Counted from the first letter of the stretch, positions 46,832 to 56,956 are shown. The stretch is 64,000 nucleotides of DNA from Gemmatimonadaceae bacterium (GCA_016720905.1 JADKJT010000017.1:24366-88365), one strand, 5' to 3'. The notes: generated by a model from the letters alone, not told the origin. A program made the numbers and translations.

Positions 46832-48756
46832 TCGCCGAGTGGATTGAATACGAGCGGACGCTGGACACCACCGCGCGCTTTGTGCGCGCCCAGCGCATTC
46901 GCTCGACCCGCTCGGCCACCACGCACGCCTTTCGCAGTGCGTCGTGGAGCGAATTGGCGGACCAGGGATACGTCGTGGATCAGGATGACGGCACCGTTTT
47001 TCACGCACCGGATGCCGACGTGCTGCTGTCCGATTCGTTCGCGTCGCTGCACTGTTTCCATGTGGAGCCGGCGGGTCCGGACCAACCGAATGAGATTGGT
47101 GTGGCATTCCGCCCGTCCCGCGAGCGCCGCCGGGTGAGCGACATTGAAGGCACCTTCTGGATTGACCGCGCGAGCAGCGAGCTGCGGAGACTGGAGTATC
47201 GATACACCAACCTGCCCGCCATCGCCGAACGGGCACGGCCGGGCGGTCTGGTGGAATTCCTGCGATTGGCGTCGGGCTCGTGGCTGGTGCAACGATGGAG
47301 CATTCGCATGCCGCAACTCATGCTGACAGCTCCAACCACCATGCGGCGACGCGGTGTGACCGTCACGGCGTCAGCGACGACCCTGCAGGCTGTGCGCATG
47401 GTGGGTGGCGAGGTGTCGCGGGTGGAGCGTGCCGACAGCACCCTGTACGTCGGGCGCGGCGCATCGCTGGTGGTTCGTGTGTCGTCGTCCGATTCAACGC
47501 TGTCGCGCGCCGACACGCGTATCACACTGGATGGTTCGGACTATGAACTCCTGACCGACACCGACGGTCGCGGACGGCTCACGCCGATCCTGCCAGGGCA
47601 GTATCGTCTCCGTGCACAGACGCCGCTCATGGATTCGCTGGGCGTGTTGTCCGATCCGGTCGACGTCACGGTGCGCGTTGACGACGTGCGCGAAGTGACG
47701 GTGCTGTTGCCCGATGCGATCACCTTGTTGCGCCGTGTGTGTGGTACGGAGTCCGGCACCGCGCTCGGCACGCATGTCCGCGGCGTTGTCGTGGACTCCG
47801 CCGCTATGCCCGCGGCCGGGGCATCAGTCCGGGTGTCCTGGCAACGACAGATTGCGGTGGTCAGCGATCGGGTCATGTGGAGCGATCAATCGGTCTCGAC
47901 GCAAACGGATAGTCTGGGTCTGTGGCAGCTGTGCGACGTGCCGCGGGAGGTGGGTGTGCTGGTACGCGTGCAGTCAAGTGTCGGGGAAGGGCGAGCGTCG
48001 ACACGTCTGGCCACGGGCGCACGCTTCGGATCGTTGCGCGTGGTGGCACGCGCGGTGGATGGGCCGGCGATGGCGCGCGACGGCGGGGAAGCCATTGTCA
48101 CCGTCAGCGTGATGGACAGCCTGTCGCGTCCCGTGCCTGAGGTCCTGGTGGTTGTCACGGCGGCGAACGGTGTACCACAGCGCTTGCGCTCCGATTCACT
48201 GGGGCGCGCCGTTGCGAGGCTCGGGTCACCGGGTATGCTCACGGTGGATGTGCGCAAGGTGGGATTCGCCTCGGGCACTGTCACCGCCGACGTGGACCGC
48301 GGCGAGAACACGATTCCCATCGTCCTCGAGGGGTCGTCCGTGCCTCGACTCTCGGCGGTACGCGTGGTGGGTGACCGGCCGGTCAACGCACGGCACAGTG
48401 ATTTCGAGCGCCGTCAAGCGCGCGGCGACGCCACGACATCACTTTCTGCAGCGGACATCGAACGGCGGCGACCGGCCAGCACATGGCAGTTGCTGACCCG
48501 CGTTCCATCGCTGCAAGTCCTCGACAGCGCCGGCTACATCTATGCCAAGTCATCGCGCATGTCGACCATCCTCTGCTGGCCCCGCGTGGCGATCGACGGC
48601 ATCGTCCAGACCGGGCGCCCGAATCTGGCGCTGCTCCCTCCACCCACTGAGATTTTTGGGATTGAGGTCTTCGCGGGAAGCGCGCGAGTGCCTCTCGAGT
48701 ACGGGGGGGAGGGCGAGGAGCGCTACTGCGGGTTGATCGCGATCTGGACGAAATAG
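46771..48756 (+). CDS. CarboxypepD_reg-Plug protein paralogue 3, main fragment
   Basis: Protein-like from LLASELSDASAPLIAEW onward. Further regulatory-like units (TDTDGRGRLTPILPGQY, TQTDSLGLWQLCDVP). Plug-like C-terminus (LLTRVPSLQV...VAIDGIV...IEVFAGSARVPLEYG...CGLIAIWTK). Confidence 0.65.
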   Translation: MGRSAQGLLASELSDASAPLIAEWIEYERTLDTTARFVRAQRIRSTRSATTHAFRSASWSELADQGYVVDQDDGTVFHAPDADVLLSDSFASLHCFHVEPAGPDQPNEIGVAFRPSRERRRVSDIEGTFWIDRASSELRRLEYRYTNLPAIAERARPGGLVEFLRLASGSWLVQRWSIRMPQLMLTAPTTMRRRGVTVTASATTLQAVRMVGGEVSRVERADSTLYVGRGASLVVRVSSSDSTLSRADTRITLDGSDYELLTDTDGRGRLTPILPGQYRLRAQTPLMDSLGVLSDPVDVTVRVDDVREVTVLLPDAITLLRRVCGTESGTALGTHVRGVVVDSAAMPAAGASVRVSWQRQIAVVSDRVMWSDQSVSTQTDSLGLWQLCDVPREVGVLVRVQSSVGEGRASTRLATGARFGSLRVVARAVDGPAMARDGGEAIVTVSVMDSLSRPVPEVLVVVTAANGVPQRLRSDSLGRAVARLGSPGMLTVDVRKVGFASGTVTADVDRGENTIPIVLEGSSVPRLSAVRVVGDRPVNARHSDFERRQARGDATTSLSAADIERRRPASTWQLLTRVPSLQVLDSAGYIYAKSSRMSTILCWPRVAIDGIVQTGRPNLALLPPPTEIFGIEVFAGSARVPLEYGGEGEERYCGLIAIWTK

Positions 48757-48856
48757 CCTGCCGGAGGCCTGACCGGTAGCGCCCTGCGCGCCCCGCGCAC
48801 ATCGTTCCGGACGGTCATTCGCGGTCCCACGAAAACCTTTCGCGTCCAGCCCTGAT

Positions 48857-51800
48857 ATGCCTCCAGCCGATCTGCGCCCTAGTGCCTCCACTGCCGCGCG
48901 TACGAAGCCCAAGTACCCCGGCATCCGGGTCACCTGCAGCGGAAATCAGCTCGTTACGCAATACGTCGAGACACGCGTCACCGAAGGTGGTGTCTTCTAC
49001 CCGATCACGCCGTCGACCGAGGGGGGCGAGATCTATCAGGCCTCCTTCGCATCGGGGGAGTTGAATGTCTGGGGTCAGCAGAAGGTGGCGGCCGAAACCG
49101 AGGGTGAGCACGCCGCGCAGGGGGGGGCCACGGCCTACGCCGTCACCGGTCGGCGCACGGTGAATTTCACCTCGGGGCAGGGCCTCGTGTATGCGATGGA
49201 GCAGTACTATCACGCGCCGGGCAAGCTCTCCACGATGGTGCTGCAGGTGGGCGCCCGTGCACTCACCAAGCATGCGCTGAACGTCCATTGCGGCCACGAC
49301 GATATCTACTCGGCGCTCGACACCGGCTGGACCATGCTGATGGCGCGCGACGCCCAGCAGGCCGCTGATCAGAGCATCATCCTGCGGAAGGTCGCTGAAC
49401 TGGCGCTCAATCCCGGCATGAACATTCAGGACGGCATGCTCACCACCCACAGTGAGCGGATGTATCTCGCGCCGGAGGCGGAATTCCTCCGCGAGTATCT
49501 GGGGGGGTCTGACGATCAGATCGAGAGTCCCACCCCCGCGCAACGCGAGCTCTTCGGGCCGATGCGCCGCCGTGTCCCGCAGATGATGGATCTCAAGAAT
49601 CCGGTGCTGCTGGGTCCTGTGCAGAACCAGGAACACCACATGAACGGTGTGGTGGCGCGCCGGAACAACTTCAACGAGCATATCCTGCCGATGCTCGGGG
49701 AGGCCTATGAGGAATTCGGGAGACTCACGGGACGTCACTACGGCTTCGTCAGCGAGTACAAGACCGACGACGCGGAGACGGTGTTCGTCTCCCTGGGATG
49801 TGCCGCCGAGAATATCGAGGCGGCGTGCGATTACCTGCGCGACCAGCGCAACGCCAAGGTCGGCTCGATCCACATCAACGTGATTCGCCCCTTTCCCGAA
49901 GACGCCGTCGTCAACGCGCTGCGCGGGAAGAAGAACGTCATCATTCTCGAACGCACCGACGAAGGACTGGCCGGCGACAACCCGCTCGCGCGCGACATCC
50001 GCGTCGCGTTGGGCAAGGCCAACGAGGTCACGAAATTCGGCGGCGCGCACGCGGCGCTCACCCCCGCCGAGACGCCGCGGCTGTTCCGTGGCGCGTATGG
50101 CATTGGTTCGCGCGACTTCCGGCCTGAGCACACCATTGGCGCGTATGAGTTTGCCACGGGAGTGTCGCGCCGTACTGACGGCCGCGGCGCCGACGACGGC
50201 GAGACGTTCTTTGTGCTCGGCGTCGATCATCCGTATGCGGTGATCAGCAAGGATACGCCCTCGCTGCTGCCGGACGGCGCCATCGCCGTGCGGTTCCACT
50301 CGATTGGCGGGTGGGGCATGATCACCACGGGAAAGAATCTCGGGTCGATCATCGGCGACTTCGGTCAGTTCATTTCCGAGCAGACGCCCACTTACGAGGA
50401 GGACGGGACGCTCACCGAGAAGCTGTTCGTGATGGCGAATCCGAAGTACGGATCGGAGAAGAAGGGCGCGCCCACGAACTATTATCTGACCGTGGCGCCG
50501 TCGCAGATCAAGGTGAACTGCGAACTGAACCATGTGGACGTGGTGCTGTGCTGCGATCCGAAGGCCTTCACGCATACGAATCCGCTGGAAGGGCTGAAGC
50601 GCGGTGGTTCGCTGGTGTGGGAATCCAGCGAAGCCCCTGATGTCGCCTGGCAACGCATTCCGGCGAAGCACCGCCAGTTCGTGCGGGACAACAACATCCG
50701 GGTGTTTATCCTGCCGGGATTTGACATTGCGCGGAAAGCCACCGATCAGACCGAACTGCAGTTGCGGATGCAGGGCAATTCCTTTCTCGGCGCGTTCTTC
50801 CGTGTCTCGCCGTTCCTGAAGACGTTCGGGATTTCCGAGGCGCAGTTCCAGGACGTGGTGCACAAGCAGTATGTCAAGAAGTTCGCCCGGTTCGGCGATG
50901 CCGTGGTCACGTCGAACATGACCGTGATGAACGAAGGATTTGCCGGGGTCACGGAAATCACGATCGGTCGGGAAGACGAGCCCGATCGTTCCTCGATGCG
51001 CAATCCGCTACTGGCGCCCATCGGGGACCATTATTTCCCGCCCACGGCCGGGTGCGGCTCCTGTGGCGGTGGCGGCGTCCCGATGCCGGTCACGCAATTG
51101 GCGCGCGCCCCGTTTCAGACCATTGCGAAGTTCGATTCGGAGTTCCGCGCCGGTCTCGAGTATCACCAACCCGCCAGCGCCCTGGCGTCGGTTGGCGTGA
51201 TGGGTGCGGGAACCGGTGCGACCCAGTCCAAGTACGTGGCCCGCCGCGAAACGCCGGTGTACATCGCGGAGAACTGCACGCAGTGCATGGAGTGCATTTC
51301 GGTCTGTCCCGATACGGCGCTGCCCAACACGGCGCAGGAGGTCACGACCGTCCTGCGCACGGCGGTCAACAACTACGTCACGGATACGGCCGAGCGTCGC
51401 GCGTTGGTGAGCGAACTGTCGGGCATCGAGCAGCGCGCCCGCGTGAAGATGAACGAGTCGGTCAAGGCGAAGAGCAACGTGCCGTTCAAGGACATCATCC
51501 GCGACGAAGTCACGGCGCTCACGTCGGTCTCTGACCACGCCAAGGCCGAATTCACGGGCATCATCGACAAGCTGCCGATGTCGTACAGCAATGTTCCCGC
51601 CATCTTCCGCACCGTCGAGACCAAGTCGCCGGGCGCCGGCGGGCTGTTCTCCATTTTTGTGTCGGATCTCTGCAAGGGGTGCGGCGAGTGCGTGCAGGTG
51701 TGCGGTGACCACGATGCGCTGCGCATGACACGCGAGACCGAGGAACTGAACGCCGACCTCACCACCGCGCAGGTGTTCTCCCGGTTGCTGCCCGACACGC

Positions 51801-53590
51801 CGCAGAAGTATCTCGGACTGTACAACGACGACGACATTGCCGGCTCACGTGACGCGACGCTGCGCAATCACCTCATGGTGCGGCGTAATTACGAGGCGCT
51901 GGTGTCCGGTGACGGCGCGTGCGCCGGGTGCGGTGAGAAGAGCATCCTGCGATCGGTCGCCAGCGTGACCGAGGCGTACATGCGCCCGCTCTATCACAAG
52001 AAGGCCGATCGCCTGCGAGCCAAGGCCGTGCGCCTGGCCGCGGAAGGCGCAGACAAGCTGGCGGCGCTCAAGGCGCGCAGTGACGCCGAGTATCGCCTGT
52101 TCCGCACCACGTTCGCGCATGTGATTGTCGGACTGGGCGGTGAAAACGATGCCGACACGGCGCAGCGCATTGCCGACTATGAGGCGACGCACGGCGCGAT
52201 CACCGACGAACAGCTCGTGCACGGGCTGGTGGCGGTGCTCAATCAGGACGCCTTCAACCACAAGGAGTTGCAGTCGGTGGACGGCCGTCGCGCCAACGGC
52301 ATGTCCGTGATGATGATGGGTGCCAGCACCGGCTGCAACACGGTGTACGGATCCACGCCGCCGGGCAATCCGCATCCGTATCCGTGGATGAACTCCCTGT
52401 TTCAGGACGGTGCGACCATTTCCTGGCTGATGGCGGAATCGGTGATTGTGGCGCATGCGAACCGGTCGGTGTCACCGGAGCGGCTGGCGGATGCGCTGCT
52501 CGACCGGACCGAGCGCGTGATGACCGAGGAGGACTACTTCACGCTGACGCATCTGGACGACGCGCTGATGACCGAGCAGGAAATCCGCGAGCTCCCGAAG
52601 ATCTGGGTGGTTGGCGGCGACGGCGCCCTGGGCGATATCGGCTTCCAGAATGTGTCCAAGGTGATCCTGCAGAATCGGCCGAACGTGAAGATCATGATGC
52701 TCGACACGCAGGTGTATTCCAACACCGGCGGACAGAACTCCGATTCGTCCACGATGCTGGGTGGCTATGACATGAACCAGTTCGGCGTGGCGTCCCAGGG
52801 CAAGCTGATCGAGAAGAAGAATGTGGCCGAGGCGTTCACCAGCGGACACGGGTCGCCGTATGTGGCGCAGGTGTCCATGGCCAACGCCGCGAAGCTCTAC
52901 AAGGCGCTCATCGAGGGGCTGGAGTACCGGGGCACCGCGTTCTTCCAGAGCTACACCACGTGTCAGCCCGAACATGGCGTCGGCGACAACATGAGCGCCG
53001 ATCAGGCGAAGATGGTGCGCGACGCGCGTGGCATGCCGGAATTCGTGTTCAATCCGCGTCGCGGGGAAACGTCGCAGGAGGCGTTTGATCTCAAGGGCAA
53101 CCCGAGCATCGACCGCGATTGGTGGCGCACGAAATACGCCAGCACCGGCGAGGAGTACAGCTTTGGCGTCGGGCACTGGGCCCTCACGGAAGGCCGCTTC
53201 CGCAAGCACCTCAAGGCCATCACGGAGGCCGACGCCGCGACGTTGACGCCGTTTGATGACATGCTGTACTTCGTCACGCAGGATGACGTGATTCACCGGC
53301 GGGTGTTCGACAAGGCGCACCGCAGCTTTGTGCCGAACTTCGGATGCTATATCAAGGTTGAGACCGGTGGCGCCTTCAAGTTCTACGCGGTGTCGCGACA
53401 GATGGTGTTGTTTGCCGTCGAGCGCCGCAAGGCGTGGCGCATGCTGCAGAGCAAGGCCGGCGTGACCAACAAGGACTACCTTGCCCAGAAGTCCTTCCTC
53501 GCGAAGATCGACAAGGGCGAGCTGTCGGTGTCGGATGCGAAGGCCAACGTGCGGGAGCGCGTGTCGGCGGAATTGGCGGCCGTGCACTAA
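48857..53590 (+). CDS. pyruvate/2-oxoacid:ferredoxin (flavodoxin) oxidoreductase, single-chain PFOR-like, unusually long (1577 aa)
   Basis: Alpha-type N-terminal domains (YPITPSTEGGE, EGEHAAQGGATAYAVTG). Two ferredoxin-type motifs (CTQCMECISVCP, CKGCGECVQVCG). Beta-type TPP domain (GDGACAGCGEKS, GGDGALGDIGFQN). Confidence 0.9.
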   Translation: MPPADLRPSASTAARTKPKYPGIRVTCSGNQLVTQYVETRVTEGGVFYPITPSTEGGEIYQASFASGELNVWGQQKVAAETEGEHAAQGGATAYAVTGRRTVNFTSGQGLVYAMEQYYHAPGKLSTMVLQVGARALTKHALNVHCGHDDIYSALDTGWTMLMARDAQQAADQSIILRKVAELALNPGMNIQDGMLTTHSERMYLAPEAEFLREYLGGSDDQIESPTPAQRELFGPMRRRVPQMMDLKNPVLLGPVQNQEHHMNGVVARRNNFNEHILPMLGEAYEEFGRLTGRHYGFVSEYKTDDAETVFVSLGCAAENIEAACDYLRDQRNAKVGSIHINVIRPFPEDAVVNALRGKKNVIILERTDEGLAGDNPLARDIRVALGKANEVTKFGGAHAALTPAETPRLFRGAYGIGSRDFRPEHTIGAYEFATGVSRRTDGRGADDGETFFVLGVDHPYAVISKDTPSLLPDGAIAVRFHSIGGWGMITTGKNLGSIIGDFGQFISEQTPTYEEDGTLTEKLFVMANPKYGSEKKGAPTNYYLTVAPSQIKVNCELNHVDVVLCCDPKAFTHTNPLEGLKRGGSLVWESSEAPDVAWQRIPAKHRQFVRDNNIRVFILPGFDIARKATDQTELQLRMQGNSFLGAFFRVSPFLKTFGISEAQFQDVVHKQYVKKFARFGDAVVTSNMTVMNEGFAGVTEITIGREDEPDRSSMRNPLLAPIGDHYFPPTAGCGSCGGGGVPMPVTQLARAPFQTIAKFDSEFRAGLEYHQPASALASVGVMGAGTGATQSKYVARRETPVYIAENCTQCMECISVCPDTALPNTAQEVTTVLRTAVNNYVTDTAERRALVSELSGIEQRARVKMNESVKAKSNVPFKDIIRDEVTALTSVSDHAKAEFTGIIDKLPMSYSNVPAIFRTVETKSPGAGGLFSIFVSDLCKGCGECVQVCGDHDALRMTRETEELNADLTTAQVFSRLLPDTPQKYLGLYNDDDIAGSRDATLRNHLMVRRNYEALVSGDGACAGCGEKSILRSVASVTEAYMRPLYHKKADRLRAKAVRLAAEGADKLAALKARSDAEYRLFRTTFAHVIVGLGGENDADTAQRIADYEATHGAITDEQLVHGLVAVLNQDAFNHKELQSVDGRRANGMSVMMMGASTGCNTVYGSTPPGNPHPYPWMNSLFQDGATISWLMAESVIVAHANRSVSPERLADALLDRTERVMTEEDYFTLTHLDDALMTEQEIRELPKIWVVGGDGALGDIGFQNVSKVILQNRPNVKIMMLDTQVYSNTGGQNSDSSTMLGGYDMNQFGVASQGKLIEKKNVAEAFTSGHGSPYVAQVSMANAAKLYKALIEGLEYRGTAFFQSYTTCQPEHGVGDNMSADQAKMVRDARGMPEFVFNPRRGETSQEAFDLKGNPSIDRDWWRTKYASTGEEYSFGVGHWALTEGRFRKHLKAITEADAATLTPFDDMLYFVTQDDVIHRRVFDKAHRSFVPNFGCYIKVETGGAFKFYAVSRQMVLFAVERRKAWRMLQSKAGVTNKDYLAQKSFLAKIDKGELSVSDAKANVRERVSAELAAVH

Positions 53591-53608
53591 ACGCCCGCAG
53601 CGCCTCAC

Positions 53609-53661
53609 GCGCGTCAGCCGGTCAGCGCGTCAGCCGGTCAGCGCGTCAGCCGGTCAGCGCG
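53609..53661. repeat. 16-bp tandem repeat, 3.3 copies
   Basis: GCGCGTCAGCCGGTCA occurs perfectly at 53609, 53625 and 53641, plus the partial copy GCGCG. It spans the convergent gap and the last codons and stop of the minus-strand GH57 gene. Confidence 0.85.
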
Positions 53662-55436
53662 GCATCATCCAGGACGTGGGCGCGCAGCAGGACGGTGGCA
53701 ATGGATTCCGGCATTTCGTGCACGGCGACAACCCGCTCGTCGTGCATGTCTGCCGCAGCATCTTTCACGGTGACGCACCGTGACGGACCCAGGCCGGTGA
53801 CACGGCCGATCACCCGGCTCACGCGGCCGGTGCGCCGATGGACAAGCGTCGTGGCGTGCGGGAAGGCGGCGGACGGCGACGGCGCGTGCGTGATGTCATA
53901 CGCCGCCACCTGCGGGCAGGGATAGCCGGCGGCGACCATCGCCATGGCGCCGGCCGCGATTCGCCAGGCCGCGTGCTGATAGGGCGCGGCGTCGCGCACG
54001 AACAGCGCGCCCGCCGATAACAAATCCGGGCCGGCCCGCGCCCGATCCAGTCCCTGGATCAGTTCCGGTTCCAACTGGGCTGCGAACCCTGACAACTCCA
54101 ACACGCGCGCTGCGTAGCGCAGCACCTGCCGCGTCTCAATGCGCTCCACCTCGTCGAAGAACCACGCGCAGGACGTGAACAGCCGCAGCGTGGCCCGCTG
54201 CATCTCGAGCAGTTGCTGCGCACGCTGCACGCCGACCGCGTCGAGGTCTGCCCGGGTCTGGCCGCGCACGAAGCGTCGCAACGGCGCACCGTCCGTCGCC
54301 ACGACGGTCCCGTAGGCATCACGCACATGCCACGGGTCGTCCGCAAACAGGGAACGTCCTTCCTGTTCAAACAGCGCGTCACTCTGCTGCGCGAGGGCCG
54401 AAAGGGCCTCGCGCAGCGGGCCTCGCCATTGCTGGGCCGCCGGCTTGCCGTGGTCAATGCGACAACCGCAGTTGCTGCGCCAGCGCTCGATCCCGTGCGC
54501 GCAACTCCACGAGGACGGCGAGACCAGGTGCGCGTCCTGTGTCGGAGCGTGCATCGCGACCATCGCCGCCGCGTTGATCAGTCGCGCATCGGGGCGCTGG
54601 GCAATCAGGGCCATGGCCAACGCCAGGGTCCGGTCGCCGTTCTTGTGGTGATGACCAAACGTTTCGCCGTCGGTGGCGAGCGTGGTACAGCGTGGCTGCC
54701 CATCGGCAATGGCGGGGGCCAGTCGTTGCGCGAGCGCTGTCGGGTTGCGCAGCAATCCGCCGAACGCCACCTCACCAGCCAGTCCGCCATCGTACGGCAG
54801 GATCGTGAGGGTTCGGCCGTGGGCTCCGCGCCAGCGCACTGGCAGCCCGTGGGTCTCACCGGCCGTCTGCACCTGGTATGGCGCCAGAATGGTGAACCGG
54901 ATGCCTTCCTGCGCCAGCACGTCGAGTGTCTCGTCATCCGCCGCGCATTCCGGGAGCCACATGCCTTCGGGCGTGCGACCAAAGCGCCGCTGAAAATCCG
55001 CGATCCCCCATCGCACTTCGGTGCGACGGTCGCGCAGCGAGGCCAGCGGAAGAATCACATGGTGATACGGTGCCGCGATGGCATTGCCATGCCCCCATCG
55101 GCGTACGCTGGCCGCGTCGCCGTCGATCATCGCGCGCAGCGTGTCGGGCGCTTCGCGCTCCAGCCATTCGCAGAGCGTGGCACCGACATCGAAGGTGCAC
55201 CAGGCATACAAGTTGACCAGACGCGCAATGCCCGACGGCGCATCGGGATCGCCGACCGTCGCGCCCGCATGACGCTGACGGACCTCGGCCTGCGCCAGTC
55301 GTGCGTAGCACTCCCGATCGATGCGCGCGTTCCAGTCGTGATCCGGCGCGGCCGACGGTTCGGTTTCCACGGTTTCCAGCCAGGGATCTTCCCGCGGTGG
55401 CTGGTAGCAGTGCGCGTGAACGACGACGTGATGCAC
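53646..55436 (-). CDS. glycoside hydrolase family 57 protein (with DUF3536-like C-terminal region)
   Basis: Start set to GTG 55436, just after the glgA stop (TGACCGTG). N-terminal VVVHAHCYQPPRE and ATDGETFGHHH match GH57 conserved regions. Long helical C-terminal part. Confidence 0.8.
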   Translation of the reverse strand: MHHVVVHAHCYQPPREDPWLETVETEPSAAPDHDWNARIDRECYARLAQAEVRQRHAGATVGDPDAPSGIARLVNLYAWCTFDVGATLCEWLEREAPDTLRAMIDGDAASVRRWGHGNAIAAPYHHVILPLASLRDRRTEVRWGIADFQRRFGRTPEGMWLPECAADDETLDVLAQEGIRFTILAPYQVQTAGETHGLPVRWRGAHGRTLTILPYDGGLAGEVAFGGLLRNPTALAQRLAPAIADGQPRCTTLATDGETFGHHHKNGDRTLALAMALIAQRPDARLINAAAMVAMHAPTQDAHLVSPSSWSCAHGIERWRSNCGCRIDHGKPAAQQWRGPLREALSALAQQSDALFEQEGRSLFADDPWHVRDAYGTVVATDGAPLRRFVRGQTRADLDAVGVQRAQQLLEMQRATLRLFTSCAWFFDEVERIETRQVLRYAARVLELSGFAAQLEPELIQGLDRARAGPDLLSAGALFVRDAAPYQHAAWRIAAGAMAMVAAGYPCPQVAAYDITHAPSPSAAFPHATTLVHRRTGRVSRVIGRVTGLGPSRCVTVKDAAADMHDERVVAVHEMPESIATVLLRAHVLDDAALTG

Positions 55437-55438
55437 GG

Positions 55439-56956
55439 TCAGCCGCGGTGCCTGGCGATCGCGCGCGCGCGGCGGTACAGGTGCGCGTAGCGTTCCGCCG
55501 TTCGTTCCCACCCGAAGTCGCGATGCATCGCGGTGGCCATGCGCGGCTCCCAGCTGGCCGGATCGGAGAAGCGCACCAACGCGCGCGATATCGCCCAGTC
55601 CATGGCGCCGGCGGTGTATTCGTCGAAGAGAAATCCGGTCACGTCGTCGTCGACGGTATCCGCAATCCCCCCCACGCGTCGACCGATTGGCAACGCCCCG
55701 TACCGCTGGGCGCGCATCTGCGTGAGTCCGCACGGTTCATACTGCGACGGCATGAGGAACATGTCGGCGCCCGCCATCAGGCGGTGTTCCAGCCGGTCGG
55801 TGAAGTCGAGTTGCACGCCGACGTGACGCGGGCGTGCGGCCGCCAGTTGCAGCAGCGCGCGCTCGTAACGGCTTTCACCGGCGCCCAGGAAGACGAACTG
55901 GGCATCGAGGTTTCGCACGAGGTGCGAATTGAGAATGAGATCGAGACCCTTCTGCGTCACCATGCGTCCGGTCATGCCGAACAGCGGGGTGCGACGACGC
56001 TGTGGCAGCCCAAAGGAGCGCTGCAGCGCCGCCTTGCACTTGGCTTTGTTGGTGGTCGGGTCGTCGCGCGTGTAGTTGGCCGTGATCTGATCGTCGTGCG
56101 CGGGATCCCACACCGATTGGTCGATGCCGTTGATGATGCCGGTGAAACGGTCTCCCAACCACTGAAAGACCTCCTGCAGGCCAAATCCGCCGCCGGGCGT
56201 GCGCAGTTCCGAGGCGTGGGTGGGACTGACGGTGACGACCATGTCGGCGAACGTCAGTCCGGCCTTGAGAAAATTGATCTTGTCGTACCACTCGACGTGC
56301 CGGAATGTGAAGAGTTCCGGCGGAATGCCGCACTCGTTCAACTGCGACGACGGGAAATGCCCCTGATAGCCCGCATTGTGCACGGACAGCACCGTCGGCG
56401 TGCTGAGATAGCGTTCGCGCAGTCCGGCATAGGAGCGCATGTACATGAGCGCCAGCGACGTGTGCCAATCGTGCGCATGAATCAGCAGGGGTCCGGCAAT
56501 CAGGCGCGGAATGGCATCGAGCACGGCTCGCGAAAACAGGGCAAACCGGCGTGCATTGTCGGCGTAATCCCGACCGCCCTCGCCATACAACCCGAGGCGG
56601 TTGAAATACTCGGGGATGTCCACAAAAACCACCTTGGGGCCCGGCGACGGATGCACCTCGCGGAAGAACCGCACTTCTTCCCCTTGGAACCCGAGATCAA
56701 TCCGGATGGGCCGACCGAGGGGCGCGAGATCGGGTGCAAAATCGCGGACCGTGCGATACAGCGGCACAAAGACCACGACCGTGGCGCCCGAGCGCACCTG
56801 ATAGTTCGCCAATCCCATGACGGCCTCGGCCAGTCCGCCGCTCCGCGCAAACGGACTGTACTCGGACGTCAGGTGCACTATGGTGGGCGCGTCGCTGCTC
56901 GTCGATGATGGCACCGGCGGACTGAAGTTCGGCGTGGGCATTGCCGGGGAAGTCAT
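55439..56956 (-). CDS. glgA: glycogen (starch) synthase
   Basis: N-terminal SEYSPFARSGGLAEAV (K/R-x-GGL motif), IHAHDWHT, and the C-terminal MPSQYEPCGLTQM block of GT5 glycogen synthases. Confidence 0.9.
   Translation of the reverse strand: MTSPAMPTPNFSPPVPSSTSSDAPTIVHLTSEYSPFARSGGLAEAVMGLANYQVRSGATVVVFVPLYRTVRDFAPDLAPLGRPIRIDLGFQGEEVRFFREVHPSPGPKVVFVDIPEYFNRLGLYGEGGRDYADNARRFALFSRAVLDAIPRLIAGPLLIHAHDWHTSLALMYMRSYAGLRERYLSTPTVLSVHNAGYQGHFPSSQLNECGIPPELFTFRHVEWYDKINFLKAGLTFADMVVTVSPTHASELRTPGGGFGLQEVFQWLGDRFTGIINGIDQSVWDPAHDDQITANYTRDDPTTNKAKCKAALQRSFGLPQRRRTPLFGMTGRMVTQKGLDLILNSHLVRNLDAQFVFLGAGESRYERALLQLAAARPRHVGVQLDFTDRLEHRLMAGADMFLMPSQYEPCGLTQMRAQRYGALPIGRRVGGIADTVDDDVTGFLFDEYTAGAMDWAISRALVRFSDPASWEPRMATAMHRDFGWERTAERYAHLYRRARAIARHRG

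Noticed and set aside
48815-50863. 682-aa ORF on the minus strand, antisense to the PFOR-like gene. Similar cases: 52472..53608(-), 51008..51712(-), 51845..52456(-).
   Set aside because: It lies entirely inside a gene with unmistakable homology on the other strand. The translation is R/H/G/L-rich with no motif. This is a typical stop-codon-poor shadow ORF of G+C-rich DNA.
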